Positions 12,843-26,281 of a stretch of DNA of 64,000 nucleotides are shown here, piece by piece (positions within the stretch are counted from its first letter, which is position 1; every line of letters starts with the position of its first letter). The position numbers and the translations under genes are program-made. The stretch lies in assembly GCA_951406725.2 (NCBI GenBank), contig OX597819.1, positions 76,446,001 through 76,510,000 on the forward strand, given 5' to 3'. The notes under the pieces were generated by a model that was not told the DNA's origin, did no database searches, and saw only the letters and a program-made list of their open reading frames with translations. This stretch comes from Octopus vulgaris. Lineage: Eukaryota.

Positions 12843-13543
12843 TGTGGAATAACTGAGATATCATAATCACTGTTGTAAGGAGAAGCATTACCTTGAGTTT
12901 GAATGAATAAGCATTGGATATGCAAACGTATGAAAGATGACCAAAACGAATTTTTTAAAACTAATAATGAAAACAACTGGATAATATTGATTGATTCTAG
13001 TTTCAGCTCATGAGCTGTGGCCATGCTGGGGCACCGCCATATGCACGATTTTATCTTCAATCATATCGCAGGACGTTTAAATATCTCAAACTTTTCTAGA
13101 ATAGCGTGAAGTTTCGGTATACATTGACGTATAGAGTAGCTTTGTTTGATGATGCTCCATTTTATTAGATTATATTCTAATTTAAGAGACTTAAGATTTT
13201 CAAGGCAACCTAATTATAATTATCAATGCTTTTCAATCAAATTTTCTGGCTACTAACTTTGAACAACTGAGGGAAAGTATTCATTGCTTTCTTGACATGC
13301 TCTTCTGCTCATTTGGGAATAAGTGTTTTGTATTTGAGATAAAGATCGATAATAATATATTTGATCTTTGAAGAGATTTCTGGAGGGACTCATATAAACT
13401 TAAACTCATATAAATATAGGACGTAACACTACATCAGTGCGCGCGCGCGTGTGATTGAATATCTTCTCTTCTTCTTTATATTAACCTCCTATAGGTCATT
13501 CTGTCTACTGTTTTTACTTTTATATATATCCCCTTTTTTATAA

Positions 13544-13773
13544 GGCGGCGAGCTGGCAGAAACGTTAGCACGCTGGGCGAAATGCGTAGCCGTATTTCGT
13601 CTGTCGTTACGTTCCGAGTTCAAATTCCGCCGAGGTCGACTTTGCCTTTCATTCTTTCGGGGTCGATAAATTAAGTACCAGTTACTCACTGAAGTCGATG
13701 TAATCGACTAAATCCTTTTGTCTGTCCTTGTTTGTCCCCTCTGTGTTTAGCCTCTTGTGGGTAGTAAAGAAAT
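13544..13773 (+). mobile_element. tRNA-derived SINE (Meta-domain-like core) with target-site duplication
   Basis: ggcggcgagctggcagaaacgttagc (A-box), gagttcaaattcc (B-box), core gccgaggtcgactttgcctttcat..tttcggggtcgataaa..agtaccag; flanked by ATATATATC(C/T)CCTTTTTTAT on both sides. Confidence 0.88.
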
Positions 13774-14289
13774 ATATATCTCCTTTTTTATGTATTTTTT
13801 AATCCTGAAAGAAAAACCGTCTTTCCGGTTTTGGCATTGCATCGCATAACACAGTCATTCTTGTCTCATAGTCGCAAGACATTTTTTGTTTACGATTTTC
13901 TTACTGTCCTTGCCTATATATTTCTTCGTTGTGCATAATTGTCACGTTCTCTTCATGGCGTCTTTATACACCGCTCGGTTTCGAGACCTTAACTAGTCCT
14001 CTTGTCTCATTGTTTCTCTTCGTGTCCGTCTTTCATATTCTTATGTTGCTGACACTGCCGAATTGTACAATATTATCGAAGATTTCGTAATTCTGGTGAT
14101 ATTTCGTCGGTATCTAATGAGAGAGCCATCACGTCCACGTCTACTAGGAGTGTTTTTCTTGTTATTCAGTATGTTTCTCTGCTGTACTCCTGTACAAAAT
14201 TTGAACCTCCTCCATACATAACACAAGTGTGTGCATATATATGTGTACGTGTGTGTGTGTTTGTATGCATGAATGTATGTATGTATGTA

Positions 14290-15573
14290 CGAGGGTGAAT
14301 TAAAAATTATACGCACTCTTGTTTTTTCAATGTATTTACACCAAAGCAGGGGCTAAACAAGTACGTCATTTTTCTATATAGTCTCCTTCCTTTTCTGAGC
14401 ACTGGGCCCAGCGGTCCACAACCTGGCGTATTCCGTCCAAGAAAGTTTTCGGTTGGTCGTGCAACCATTTATGCACTGCTTCTTTCACATTTTCGTCCAT
14501 AGTAAAACGACGACCTCGTAAACCATCTTTGAGAGGTCCAAAGACATGATAGTCGAAATGAGCGAGATCTAGGCTGCAGGCAGATGTTCCAGCACCTGAA
14601 ACCCAATTACTTAATGGTTCTAACGGTCTGGGTAGCCAAGTGTAGACGCGCATTGTCAGGCAACAACAGAACTTTCTTCGATAATAAATACGCTTCGGCA
14701 TTTCGTGCAAATTGCCGGCTTCAGTTTGTTGTCCAGCAAAGCGCTGCATCTTGCATTGTTGAACGTACAACCCTTTTCCAGGTAGTCTTTCAGTATAGGC
14801 CATTTAGAGTCACAAAATAGGATTAGCATCATCTTGAATTTCTTCGTCGCTGCCAGAATTTTACCTCTCCATACTCTGTCTTTTGGATTCTGCCTCATAA
14901 TGATAAATCCACATTCCTCGCCTCATAATGATAAATCAAACATTCCTCGCCTTCATTGTTGTAGCGATCGGGTAAACGTTGGCAGACTTCAAGACGTTTG
15001 TTCTCGTGCTCTGCAGTAAGCACTCTTGGTACCCATCTTGCACAGACTTTAAAGAATCTGAACCCATCGTGGATGATTCGATAGGCAAAACTATTACTGA
15101 TCTGCAGAGAAAGAGCTACCTCATTGATGATAACTCGCTATTTCACCATTACCATCTCTCGAGCTTGCAAACTCTTCTCGTTAATGTTGGAGTTTGACGG
15201 GCGTCCTGCTCTTTCGTCATGCATTACGTGCTTCCGGTCACATTTAAACTTCTCGATCCACTCATACACACTTCTACGCTGTAGTGCACTGTACGCGTAT
15301 TGTGCTAAAAGCCTCCGATGAATTTCAGCACCTGACACACCTTCCGATCAGAGAAATCGGATCACTGCTCCGTGTTCTTCTTTGATGCACATTGCTGGTT
15401 GAGCGGCCATGCTTACACTGTAAAGCCAGATAGAGAAATGGCGCAATCAGGCTGAAACTTCGATCACGTGACAAAAATAGTACCAACAATAAGCACGCAT
15501 GTGCGGAAGGCAGTGTGACAAAACTAAAGATGTGTTTAGGCGAAAATTGCCGATAATTTTTTACTTCACCTCA
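14290..15573 (-). mobile_element. Mariner DNA transposon, full-length but decayed
   Basis: TA-CGAGGGTGAATTAAAAATTAT ... ATAATTTTTTACTTCACCTCA-TA terminal inverted repeats; inserted in (TATG)n. Confidence 0.92.
14366..15410 (-). pseudogene. Mariner transposase pseudogene
   Basis: MAAQPAMCIKEEHGAVIRFL*SEGVSGAEIHRRLLAQYAYSALQRRSVYEWIEKFK (HTH)...SLDLAHFDYHVFGPLKDGLRGRRF...EKEGDYIEK; stops, frameshifts and a small duplication at ~14895-14950. Confidence 0.9.
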
Positions 15574-15599
15574 TATGTATGTCTCTTCTATTTTTTAAT

Positions 15600-16150
15600 C
15601 ACATAAATCTTCCACTGAGGAGGGAGCCGGTTTCCAACAAAGATACAAGGCTCGATGTTTGGGATGTAGTTAACACAGACAAATTCACATTTAGAACTTG
15701 AATATTTTTAATGTTCCACCCACAGATTGCACTTGTAATGTACGAATTAGCCGGTCGATTTCTCTTTCTGAAAATCCCAGTTTATCCAGATTCTCCTTTA
15801 AGCATTTACTTACAAAACCTATTTCTCCAATTATTATTGGTATGAATATGAATTCATTTCGAAGTAGTTGTCCATAGATATCATCTTTTTCTTGAATTTT
15901 CAAAGAGATATTTGTATCTGCAGGGCAGCTGACCTCTATGATGGTATATGTTTTTGCTCCTCTATCTCAAACAACAATATCCGGCCTGTTATGCTTACAT
16001 TTAAGAGAAGTTTTGATGGGAATATTCCATCTTTGAGTTGGTGTTTATGAATGTATTCCGTAACAGAAGGATTTTCTAAGATTATTTCAAGACAATCGTT
16101 TTTTGTGGATGGCATTGTAAATTGTTTTAGCAACAGCATCATGCCGCATA
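15600..16150 (-). mobile_element. RLE-type (R4/Dong-like) non-LTR retrotransposon 3' end
   Basis: Minus strand RHDAVAKTIYNAIHKK...WNIPIKTSLKCKHNRPDIVV*DRGAKTYTIIEVSCPADTNISLKIQEKDDIYGQL...IPIIIGEIG: RHD and PD..(D/E) restriction-like endonuclease motifs. Confidence 0.8.
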
Positions 16151-16587
16151 GGTATGTATGTATGTATGTATGTATGTATGTATGTATGTATGTATGTATG
16201 TATGTATGTATGTATGTATGTATGTATGTATGTATGTATGTACACGTGTTTAACTTGCTACTGAAGTACCGAAGCACATTCTTTTTCAGATAGGAGCAAT
16301 GCAAAAAGTTTCTCTCAGCCCAGATACTCGACCTCGAATACTTGCAGCCTAGCGTTCACTATTCTGCTAAACGCAGTGGTATTCAGTCCAGCGACGGATT
16401 AAGTCAAGAAATGGTTTTGTAGTGTCACATTCCTATTATTACTATTGTTGATTTATCCTAGAACATAAAAAAAAAAAAAAGATTACATGGGAAGGTATAA
16501 ATGTTTTGTGATTTAGCACATGAAGATGTAAAACAAATATTATTTTTATAATTTTCCTGCATGTTGTCTTTAAGATTTCTAATTAAA

Positions 16588-16984
16588 CTAGCAGTATCGC
16601 CCGGCGTTGCTCGGGTTTGTAAGGGAAATAACTATATAAGCATTTTTAGAGAGTTATAGCCAAAAAATAGCAAAAAATACATTAAAAATGGAAAAAAAAT
16701 GATGGTAAATTTTTAAAATAATCGTTGACTCATCGTAGACATTTTTAGAGAGTTACTTCCTTTATATAATAGCAAAAAAAATGCATTAAAATGGAAAAAA
16801 ATGATGGTAATTTTTTTAAAAATCGTAGTCTCATCGTAGACGCGCGCTAATACCCAGAAGGGCTCGATATGAATCACGACTATAAGATACCCGGTTTTGG
16901 TTAAACTGCACCGCAAAATGTGGGAGTAGTTAGGAATCTAAATCGTAGGAGACAGACACACGACTTCTCTTTTATATATAAAGA
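16588..16984 (-). mobile_element. Non-autonomous Helitron (397 bp), inverted copy of 12446-12842
   Basis: Plus strand begins a^CTAGCAGTATCGCCCGGCGTTGCTCGGG and ends TTTTATATATAAAGA^t; reverse complement of the 12446 element. Confidence 0.9.
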
Positions 16985-17959
16985 TTATGCTCAAATTTTA
17001 CGTGATTGTCAAATATTTTGAGGAAACAAACTTTCAAACTGATGTGGATCCAATGATATGGTTTCTCCTAGAATTACCTGTGAATCTGTCTCAAATAACA
17101 TCTTTCCGTCTTGGGATAAAATGCCATTATACTATGCTATCGTAATATATAAATGTACGGAATGGTCGTGCCTGGAAAGCCTTTTGTCATTGGTCTGCTC
17201 AATTTAAAATGATTTGACCCTAAGTTACAGGAACAAGATCTTTACCCCAAACACATTCGATATTGTTGGCCAATACCTTTAAAATAACTTTGCAAAGAAT
17301 GCAATGCAAAACTGCTGGTTCAAATCATTGCAACAGACTAGACCAGGCTAAAGGCAACCAAGGTGCCAGGTAATGATGTTAAAATTTAAATCAAGCGAGG
17401 ATTAACACTACCACCGAATTTGGGTATGGAGGTATTTGAATCCAGAAGGCGAACTGTCGGAGCAATTAAGATGGCATTCTTTCTGAGATTCTAACGACTC
17501 TGACAATTAGCTGTTTAGGGGTGAAGGTGGGGTGGAGTGGTCTTGAGGCGAGGGAATGCTTGTGTGTGTGTATGTGTGTGTGTTGATGCAGAAAACAACA
17601 GACTACAAGAATGAATGGAAACACAAGAAAAAGAACTAATTAACTGAGAGGGAGATAGACAAAGGATAACAAAATCTGAAAGAATTACAGTAAGTGAGAC
17701 TTAAATATGATTAAATAGAAAAGAGGATATAATTGAAATTTATTCATTCTACTAAATGTGTTAAGCCTCTATAATGAAAAATAAAGGTTTGTTACAAAAT
17801 ATATTTTATTAGTAAACAAATAAATTTCATTAAGCATAAATATTTACACAGACATTTTGGCGCAAGGTCATCAATTTCAGGTAAGATGGTAAGTCCATCA
17901 CATCAACTGCAGTGTTCAACTAATAATTATTTTATCGACCCCGAAAAGATGAAAGGGAA

Positions 17960-18450
17960 ATCTCCAGGTAAACTGACATCTAACTCTTCAAGGAATAACT
18001 TTAAAAGTAGCTAATAGTGACTTCTCTACAAAATGGGCAAAATTATCAATTACCTGCAGAAAAAAGGTTTAGCACCCACCCCCTCTCCAAGGACATTCAT
18101 GCATACATATTTCAAACATTAGGGGGCAACGTTCCAGCTTTATTAACCGTGCAAAAGTGGGCAGCTGAATTTAGGAGCGGAAGGGAGGGTTTCCAAGATG
18201 ACCCAATTTCTGACTGTTCTGCAACTGCCGCCACCGACACCGAGGAAAACATTAGTCGTGTGGATGATAGGTCAACGACTATAAATCAAATAGCCAATTT
18301 TATTAGCATCATTTATGAGACAATTGAGAATATTCTGCACTATGAACTTGGCTTAGCGAAGGTTTTGCTCGGGGGTGCCATGTCTTTTGACACCGGATCA
18401 AAAGCTCACCGGACTGATTAAATCACGAAAAAATTGGAAGCTGCTTTAGG
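17960..18450 (+). pseudogene. Mariner transposase N-terminal fragment
   Basis: KDIHAYIFQTLGGNVPALLTVQKWAAEFRSGREGFQDDPISDCSATA...DRSTTINQIANFISIIYETIENILHYELGLAKV: the two HTH regions of a mariner transposase. Confidence 0.82.
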
Positions 18451-18789
18451 CAGTTATAGTATAGCAGATAGGAATCACTTGTAGCCTACTTTTGATTTCT
18501 CTTTTTAGAATCTACTCAAAAGAAGTTTTCAGATTAAGAGAATAACAGACTTGTTTCAATTTTCTAGGAAATATCTTGTTCGTTTATTTCTTACTGTTTT
18601 TCGGTTTCATCTAACACTATAGCAATGGGAAGAAACTTAATTAAATCATTCTAATTATATATTGTAATTATTGGCTGAAGTTCCGGTATCAATTACAATA
18701 TAATTGAGGTGAGGAGTTCCTTTCACTATGCATATATATATATATATACTGATGTATTAATAAATATATTTACATAACATAGTTCTATC

Positions 18790-18980
<191 letters not shown>

Positions 18981-18981
18981 A

Positions 18982-19861
18982 CAGGGTGCGGCGAATAAAC
19001 TGTCGTCCAAATTACACAAAAGTGAAACTAACATTGTCATCTCATTTTAACAGATATATTTACCATAATTGCATAAAATAACTTGAAATACTTATGTGTA
19101 AATTTATTCAAAAAAATCGCCATTGGCTTCAACCAGGGCCTTCGGAATCCTCTGCAACTCTTCTGGATGCTCTCCTTGATAAGGTGTTGAATGCTGCCAC
19201 AATCCTTACCTTCATTTCATCTTTGATACTACAACCGGTTTTGCTGGTTTCTCACTCAACTGCGCTCAACATATATAATAATCAACGGAGATTGCAGTCT
19301 GAGGAATTAGGTGGCCATATGTTAGGAGTGATGTTGTCGCAGCAGTTGTCTCCCATGACTGATTCTCTTACTAGTGTACCATGGTGCAAAATCCTACTGC
19401 CAGACATAGGGTCTTCCAGTAACCACCTTCTTCACTCACGGCAGCACTACCTCCTCCAAGCTCTTGATGTAGGCCTCCATGTTGATTCTGAGGCCGTCTG
19501 GGAAGATGAATAGAGGCATAACGTGGCCATCACTAGTGGTCACTGTAAACACCAAGATGTTGACTGAATGTTTGATTTTTATCACTCTCGGTACATGTCC
19601 TCAGATTGCATTGTCCTCAGATTGATACCCAAACACTCTAAAATGTTCGTATTGGAGATTGGAGATTCCGGCGCGAATGCCAAGCAGCACAGTATGTTGT
19701 TACCAAATTTCCGGTTGAGTAAATTGCGCCATGGTGCTGTTTTTCATACAGACGGTGCCCAGCTGACCCCAGTATATTGTGTAGTCGACAAAATCAAAAA
19801 CAAACAATGCGCAAGCGCGATATTAAATACAAGATGGCGACAATTTATCCATCGGACAGTG
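18982..19861 (-). mobile_element. Internally deleted Tc1/mariner element (maT/DD37D-like)
   Basis: TA-CAGGGTGCGGCGAATAAACTGTCGTC ... GGCGACAATTTATCCATCGGACAGTG imperfect TIRs; minus strand WQ*DFAPWYTS...ITPNIWPPNSSDCNL...KDEMKVRIVAAF...EANGDFFE. Confidence 0.82.
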
Positions 19862-19912
<51 letters not shown>

Positions 19913-20107
19913 GTGTGTGTGTGTGTATTTGTGTACATATACATATATGCATCCATCCACCCATATATACAAATATATAATTCGAGATATATTTGTGCGT
20001 ATATATCGCTTTTACTACTCACAGACAGCCTCCTCCCACCACACATGCACTTATTATATTGAATGTAACTGAGAAGTTTAAATGTTCTTCTAATATTTAG
20101 CACTCAT

Positions 20108-20307
20108 CTGAATCGTTAGCACGCCTGACAAAATGCTTAGCAACATTTCATCCACCATCGCGCCCTGAGTTCAAATTCTGCCGAAGTCGACTTCGCCTTT
20201 TATCTTTTCGAGGTCGATAAAATAAGTACATGTAAAACACCGGGCTCGACGTATCACCTTAATGCCTCTCCTCAAATTGCTGGCCGTATTTCAAAATTTG
20301 AAACCAA
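20108..20307 (+). mobile_element. tRNA-derived SINE (same family as 13544)
   Basis: gaatcgttagcacgcc...gagttcaaattctgccgaagtcgacttcgcc...ggtcgataaaataagtac. Confidence 0.8.
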
Positions 20308-20774
20308 ATCAACGACAAAATAAATCACGGTTTACTACAAAATAAAGATGACGTCATTCCTAGATTTTTCTTATTTCAACCGAGGCCCAATTTTTGAAGG
20401 GTTTAGTTAAACAAATCGACCTTAGTATATATTTTTTGGTTTGATTCTTATTCAACCGGGCTCTTTTGCCGAACAGCTTATATACTGGGACGGGTAGCCA
20501 ACATTGACTCAGCATGTCATGAGTAAACATTAAGTTATTAAAACATACCTCATACCGCGAAGTCATAATTATACTAATCTTCGCGTTTCATATATCATTA
20601 GTGTATACAAACATACGCATGTCTGTCTGTGTGTGTGTCTGTGTGTATGTATATATATGCTTGTGTGTGTGCTTTGATATGTGCATGGGTATGTGTATGC
20701 ACGTGTATGTGTGAGAGGTGTTTCGTTCTTGGATAAGGCACTTTATTTCTGGCTGCTCAAGTATCCTTATATAT

Positions 20775-21295
20775 ATATAAAATAGTGTACGTTTAAATAC
20801 AAGAAAAAACTGCCTTCGACAGGCAGGTTTTACACGCTAGAAGAAGCAGTCAAAACAACCAAAACCACATTTAAGCGCAATCTTCAAAAGGAATGAAAAA
20901 TAAAAACTTTTACCTTGTTATTTTAATCCGCTCAGACCTTGATTAATTCGGTAATTATTCATTTACTGCCGGATGAAAATGTATTTGAGCGGTGAATTTG
21001 AAAAATTATAATGTACAACGAAGAGACACGTGTTAATCGTCTCTTAATTATATGTTAGTGTTATCGCACGGTCACTTATGAAAAATCCGTCTAGCAAATT
21101 ATTTCATTTTCTAAAAAAATTTACAAAGCTAGATCTTACCGGAATAAAATAACAAGGTAAAAGTTTCTATTTTTCATTCCTTTTGAAGATTGCTCTTGAA
21201 TGTGATTTTGGTCGTTTTGACTGATTCTTCTAGCGTGTAAAAACTGCCTGTCGAAGGCAGTTTTCTTTTGTGTTTAAATGTAGATTATTTTATAT
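20775..21295. repeat. Long inverted repeat (~156-bp arms, ~210-bp spacer)
   Basis: 20775-20930 is the reverse complement of 21140-21295 with scattered substitutions (aactgccttcgacaggcag / ctgcctgtcgaaggcagtt; cttcaaaaggaatgaaaaata / tatttttcattccttttgaag). Confidence 0.92.
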
Positions 21296-21364
21296 TGAGA
21301 ATATGTTGTCTATTGACTTTTTATACATGCTAGGCCATTGGTAGTGAAATTTCTAAAATACTCG

Positions 21365-21451
<87 letters not shown>

Positions 21452-21507
21452 AATCTTTATATATGGGAAAGATTAAGAAATGTTCGAAAATGGGTCAAAT
21501 GTTTATG

Positions 21508-22760
21508 CTAGGTTGTTCCGAAAATAATGGTCGATTTCAGAAACAATTTTATTCTAGAAAAATTAAACCTACAAATGTTTTGATTAGTCGAAGAATGAGC
21601 CGAGCCGTGAACAGTCTATGCATTTCTGCCATCAATCAACGAGATTATTTATGCCTCATTGATAAAAATTTATTGCCTTTGATGCTAAGAAATCTTTGAA
21701 AGCTGATTCCACCTCAGGTTTAGACCTGAGAGTTTCATCACTTAAAAACATATTTAAATGCTTAAAAAATGCTTGTCAGTTGGTGTGGATGAAAGATCAG
21801 GATAATATGGTGGATGTGGTAAAGTCTCGTGTCCGAAGCTTATGAGATTCTGCAGCGTCATTCTTGGAACATGTAGCTTCGCATTATCGTGCAAGAGAAT
21901 TGGACCACGCTGACTCACCAATGCAGGTCTCAATTTTTGCAAGTGAGCATGCATTTCAACGAGTTAATTGCAATAAATTTCTGCTGTATTGCTCTGATTG
22001 GCTTCCAGAAATCTGTAATGAACAACAGCGATTGCAGACCACCAGACAGTCACCATAATCTTTTGCTGATGCAACTTTGGTTTTGGGAAATGTTTGGATG
22101 ACTCATTGACCTGATCATTTACGGTTATCATAAAGGATCCACTTTTCGTCATAAGTGACAATGGGGTCAAGAAACGGATCATTGGTGTTTTGCAGAAAGC
22201 GCATCGAGTACACTTCAAAACACCGAACATTTTGATTTTCATTGAGCTCATACAGTACCCATTTATCTAGCTTTAACACCTTACCAATCTTCTGCAGATT
22301 GCATGAGACCATTGCAATTTCTCTGACACTTTGGCGTGAGTTTTCTTAACAATTACTTTCAATTGTTCATTGTCAAGATTGCATGACCATCCTCTACCTT
22401 CTTCATCTTCAAGGCTCTCATTACCACTACGCAATTTTTGAGACCACTTTCGTACTGTGCGATTACTTGTGGATTCGTCTCCCTATGGCCTGTTGATATT
22501 GGCAGCAGTTTGGGAGGCATTGTGCCCAAGCTTGAACTCATGCAATAAAAGTAAGCGAAGGTCCTTTCTGTCATGTTCATAATTAACGATGCCTATACTT
22601 CAAAAATGTTTTCTGTCTGAATTAAGAAGAAAATTATTAATGACCATACATCAATTATTAAGTATGTCAAAATTTAATTAAAATATAATCAAAATACTAT
22701 GATAAAATTGCGTTTCAAAACACAATTCTTAGAGCGGCAATTATTTTCAGAACAACCTAA
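21508..22760 (-). mobile_element. Mariner DNA transposon, full-length but decayed
   Basis: TIRs TAGGTTGTTCCGAAAATAATGGTCG / CGGCAATTATTTTCAGAACAACCTAA-TA; motifs KLDKWVLYELNENQ, IVTYDEKWILYDN, LLHDNAKLH, LPHPPYYPDLS. Confidence 0.92.
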
Positions 22761-23119
22761 TAGAAACGTATGATATCGTTTAATTACAAGAACTTTATCT
22801 ACTTTGACATAAGGAGAAAATAGTTATATTCTATGTATTTATATCTGTCAAAATAATAATATAAAACTCTTTTCACATGATAAATGTTATCGTATTGTAG
22901 TTTAACTGAAAATATATTGGTGTATTTATTATGTAGGTTTGACATATTTAACACAAATGAAAAATAATCATACGTTACTTACAGTCTTTTGTATAGAAAA
23001 AGTGTTTTAGTCCATATATTTGTGTATGTATGTGTGTGCGTGCGCGTGTGTGAGCGTGCGCACGTGTGTGCGTGCGTGCGCATGTTGTGGCTAAACGTGG
23101 TTTTGTATAAGAGAAACCA

Positions 23120-23522
23120 CGGTGACGCTGTATGGTAAGAAGTTTACTTTTCAACCACATGGTTCCGAGTTCAATCCGACTTTAAAGCACCTCGGGAAAG
23201 TATTTTCTACTATAACCTCGGGCCGACCAAAGCCTAGTGAAACTGAAAAAAATATTTGATATGTATGTATATATATATATACACATATATATATATATAC
23301 ATATATATATATACGCATATACTTGTATGTGTGCACATCTTTGTATCTGTGTTGACCACTCCCGGTGTTGGTGTTTACGTACCCATAAGGTAGCGGTTCG
23401 GCAAGAGAGAACGCTAGAATTAGTACTGGGCCTAAAAATATAAAGTACTGCGGTCAATTTTTCGACTAAAATTCTTCAAGGAAGTGCCCTAGTATGCCTG
23501 CAGTCTAATGAATGGGACAAGT
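23120..23522 (+). mobile_element. tRNA-derived SINE with internal microsatellite (family of 53487-53901)
   Basis: gctgtatggtaagaagtttac...ggttccgagttcaatcc...actataacctcgggccgaccaaagcc...agcggttcggcaaga...gcagtctaatga. Confidence 0.82.
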
Positions 23523-23533
23523 GTGTGCTTGTG

Positions 23534-23569
<36 letters not shown>

Positions 23570-23688
23570 CTGTTATTCTTTTACATTTTTCAGCCTTAAG
23601 GGTACAGTCATGGTGGAATAAATTTTCTTCTACTACAAAACCTACCTACATACATTTTATACAGACATAGATATGCATAAATACATAC

Positions 23689-23755
<67 letters not shown>

Positions 23756-26177
23756 TGCTTGTGAGGATACATATGTATTTGTGTATGCCCGTGCAATTAG
23801 TATTTATATTATTTCAATATTTAAACAAATATCTAGAGTAAATAGTTGTGCTCCATTAGTAGAGCAGTATTAGAGGCTAGGAAAGAGGGAATAACATGCC
23901 CTCATACACACGAACAGTCACACTCACACATATAGGCACATACACACGGACAGATGCACGCATGTATGCAAACACGTACACAACTACTTATTTAAGTATA
24001 CGCACACGTAAATTCTATTTTTGCAGAATGAACTTACATATAAGCTTGAAAGAACCTGATAAGCATCACTCACATATTCTTATATAAGAATATACATAAA
24101 AGTATATATATATATATGCATGCATACTTACACAAACACAAGCACGCGCGCACACACATACACAAACACACACACACACGTATATGCACATATATTTCCC
24201 TCGCGTGCCTGTCTGAGATTGTGTGTGTGTGTGTGCGTGTGTATGTGCGCACACGTGCATGTATGGTGTTTATATAAAGGCGACTGATATTCAGGGATTT
24301 TTTTAAGCAATGCCGTATGTATATTTTGTAAAAATAGAATTTATGCTAAGGTAAGCTGACAATTTTCAGGTAGAGTGCAGAATGTGGAAACTAAATTTAA
24401 CTTGCATGAAGCACCATCTGGTATGAATATATGGACTCCATACTGTGAGAAAGAGCTGTTAAATGCCTTTCTGCCAAGAACACTCAATTATTTCATTTCT
24501 CTGCCTCAGATTCTTAAAAGAATTATACGTTGTCTGAGATGACAGATACTTGGATTGGCAAAGTGCTGATTTCTTGGCCAAGGGCCTGAATTAAAGACGG
24601 CTAATCTATTGAGCTGTAAAATAGGTGTGTTCAGTAGGTCAAATCGCAACTGCGAAATCTGTTAAAGAGCTGTATATATCACGAGTTTCATTAGCTTCCA
24701 GTATAGTACATACATTAATTCTATGATCACCATGTATACATGTATTAGATATACATCAATCAAAATCCTATATACATTGTAGAAATACGTTTGTAAATTT
24801 CCATTTGGCACTGGCTATAAATCGATTCTCGGAAATATCTAAACATGGCATGAAGGTTTTCTCTTCCGATGTGTAACTTCAATATTTGTGTCAGTTTAAT
24901 GCAGGCGCGGTTATCAGGATAAGAAGTTCGGACATCCCTGCCGCGTTGACATGTGGTTGCTTTTCCTCTGTAAGTTACTGGAAAAGCGTCTTCTCTCATA
25001 TGAGCAGATTTACTATTTGGGTGTGAAATTGCGAGTCTGTTGGAAGCATGAATGTATATACGTATGTATATACGTATGTATGTATGTATGTATGTATGTA
25101 TGTATGTATGTATGCATATTTGTATACGAGCATCCACAAATATCCATTTGTATATCTTTCTATTTATACAATGTATTTATATAAATCTATTTTCATATAT
25201 ATACATGTATGTGTGTGTATGTGTCTATGTATTTATGAACGTATGCATGTATATGTGTATATGTGTCTACATATTGCCTCTAATTTACAGCAACGAAGGA
25301 AAATACGTTATGGCAGTAATCCACAATGTATAGTTGGGTCCGTTCAGACTTAGATTTTGCAATTAATTAAAATAGAGAACGATAACATAAGCTTCATACA
25401 TAATGCTTAAACTCTCGGCAGTCATGGTTACCAGTGTTTTGGAAATCTGAGGAAAATACAGACGATCTACATGGGCAAGAGGTTTCCTCTTCAAACAAAG
25501 ATGGAACAAATATACTGGAATTTGGGAAGTCTGAGAGGCTACATTTTACAATACAATGGATTGTGTTTGATCTGGGAGAGTGGTTTTCGAGAAACCGATG
25601 TAAGTTATACCTCGAACATTCACTAGTTGGTACACTACCAACAGAATTGAGGCAGTAATTAAAAGTAGTAAATTCCGGCAAAAATTATCACTCATCAACC
25701 ATAGACCTCGAGGCAAATTTATTTGCAAATATCTAAGAAAGATATAAGAAGGAATTTACCCTTATTAAGTACGCTTTTGATCATTCTCCGGTATGAGAGA
25801 AGCAAGCTTTTCTTGACAAATCTTCTCTTGGGCATAACCCGTTTTAGCGTACAACATAATCGGTATTAGTGGCCAACATAACCAGTTGATGGTATTAAAT
25901 CCACACCATCTTGGTTGCGCAGGTAGAAATATAAGTTATGGTGAGTTATAGCAGCTGCAAATTCCGTTATGAATCAACGTTCAGTAATAGACATTTCTTG
26001 TTATTTTATATGAGCGACAAAATTATCGAAGCATAAGCCAAAAGCGAATCGGAAATCAAAGACGCAACCTTTGATTAGGATTTTTAAAAAATATTGAAAT
26101 TTGCTCTCGGCTGGGAAAGAATAAGATACTTCCCAAACCGCTTTACAACATCTGATGGTATTGTATATTAGTAAGTG

Positions 26178-26252
<75 letters not shown>

Positions 26253-26281
26253 CTTGGAAAAGGATGCGTGGCGTTCGATCA

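Noticed and set aside
13965-14010. Minus-strand GGAC...GTCTC-GAAACCG hammerhead-like fragment
   Set aside because: CUGANGA is absent (GACAAGA) and there is no valid cleavage triplet
19094-19513. 139-aa plus-strand ORF
   Set aside because: Antisense to the Tc1/mariner transposase remnant
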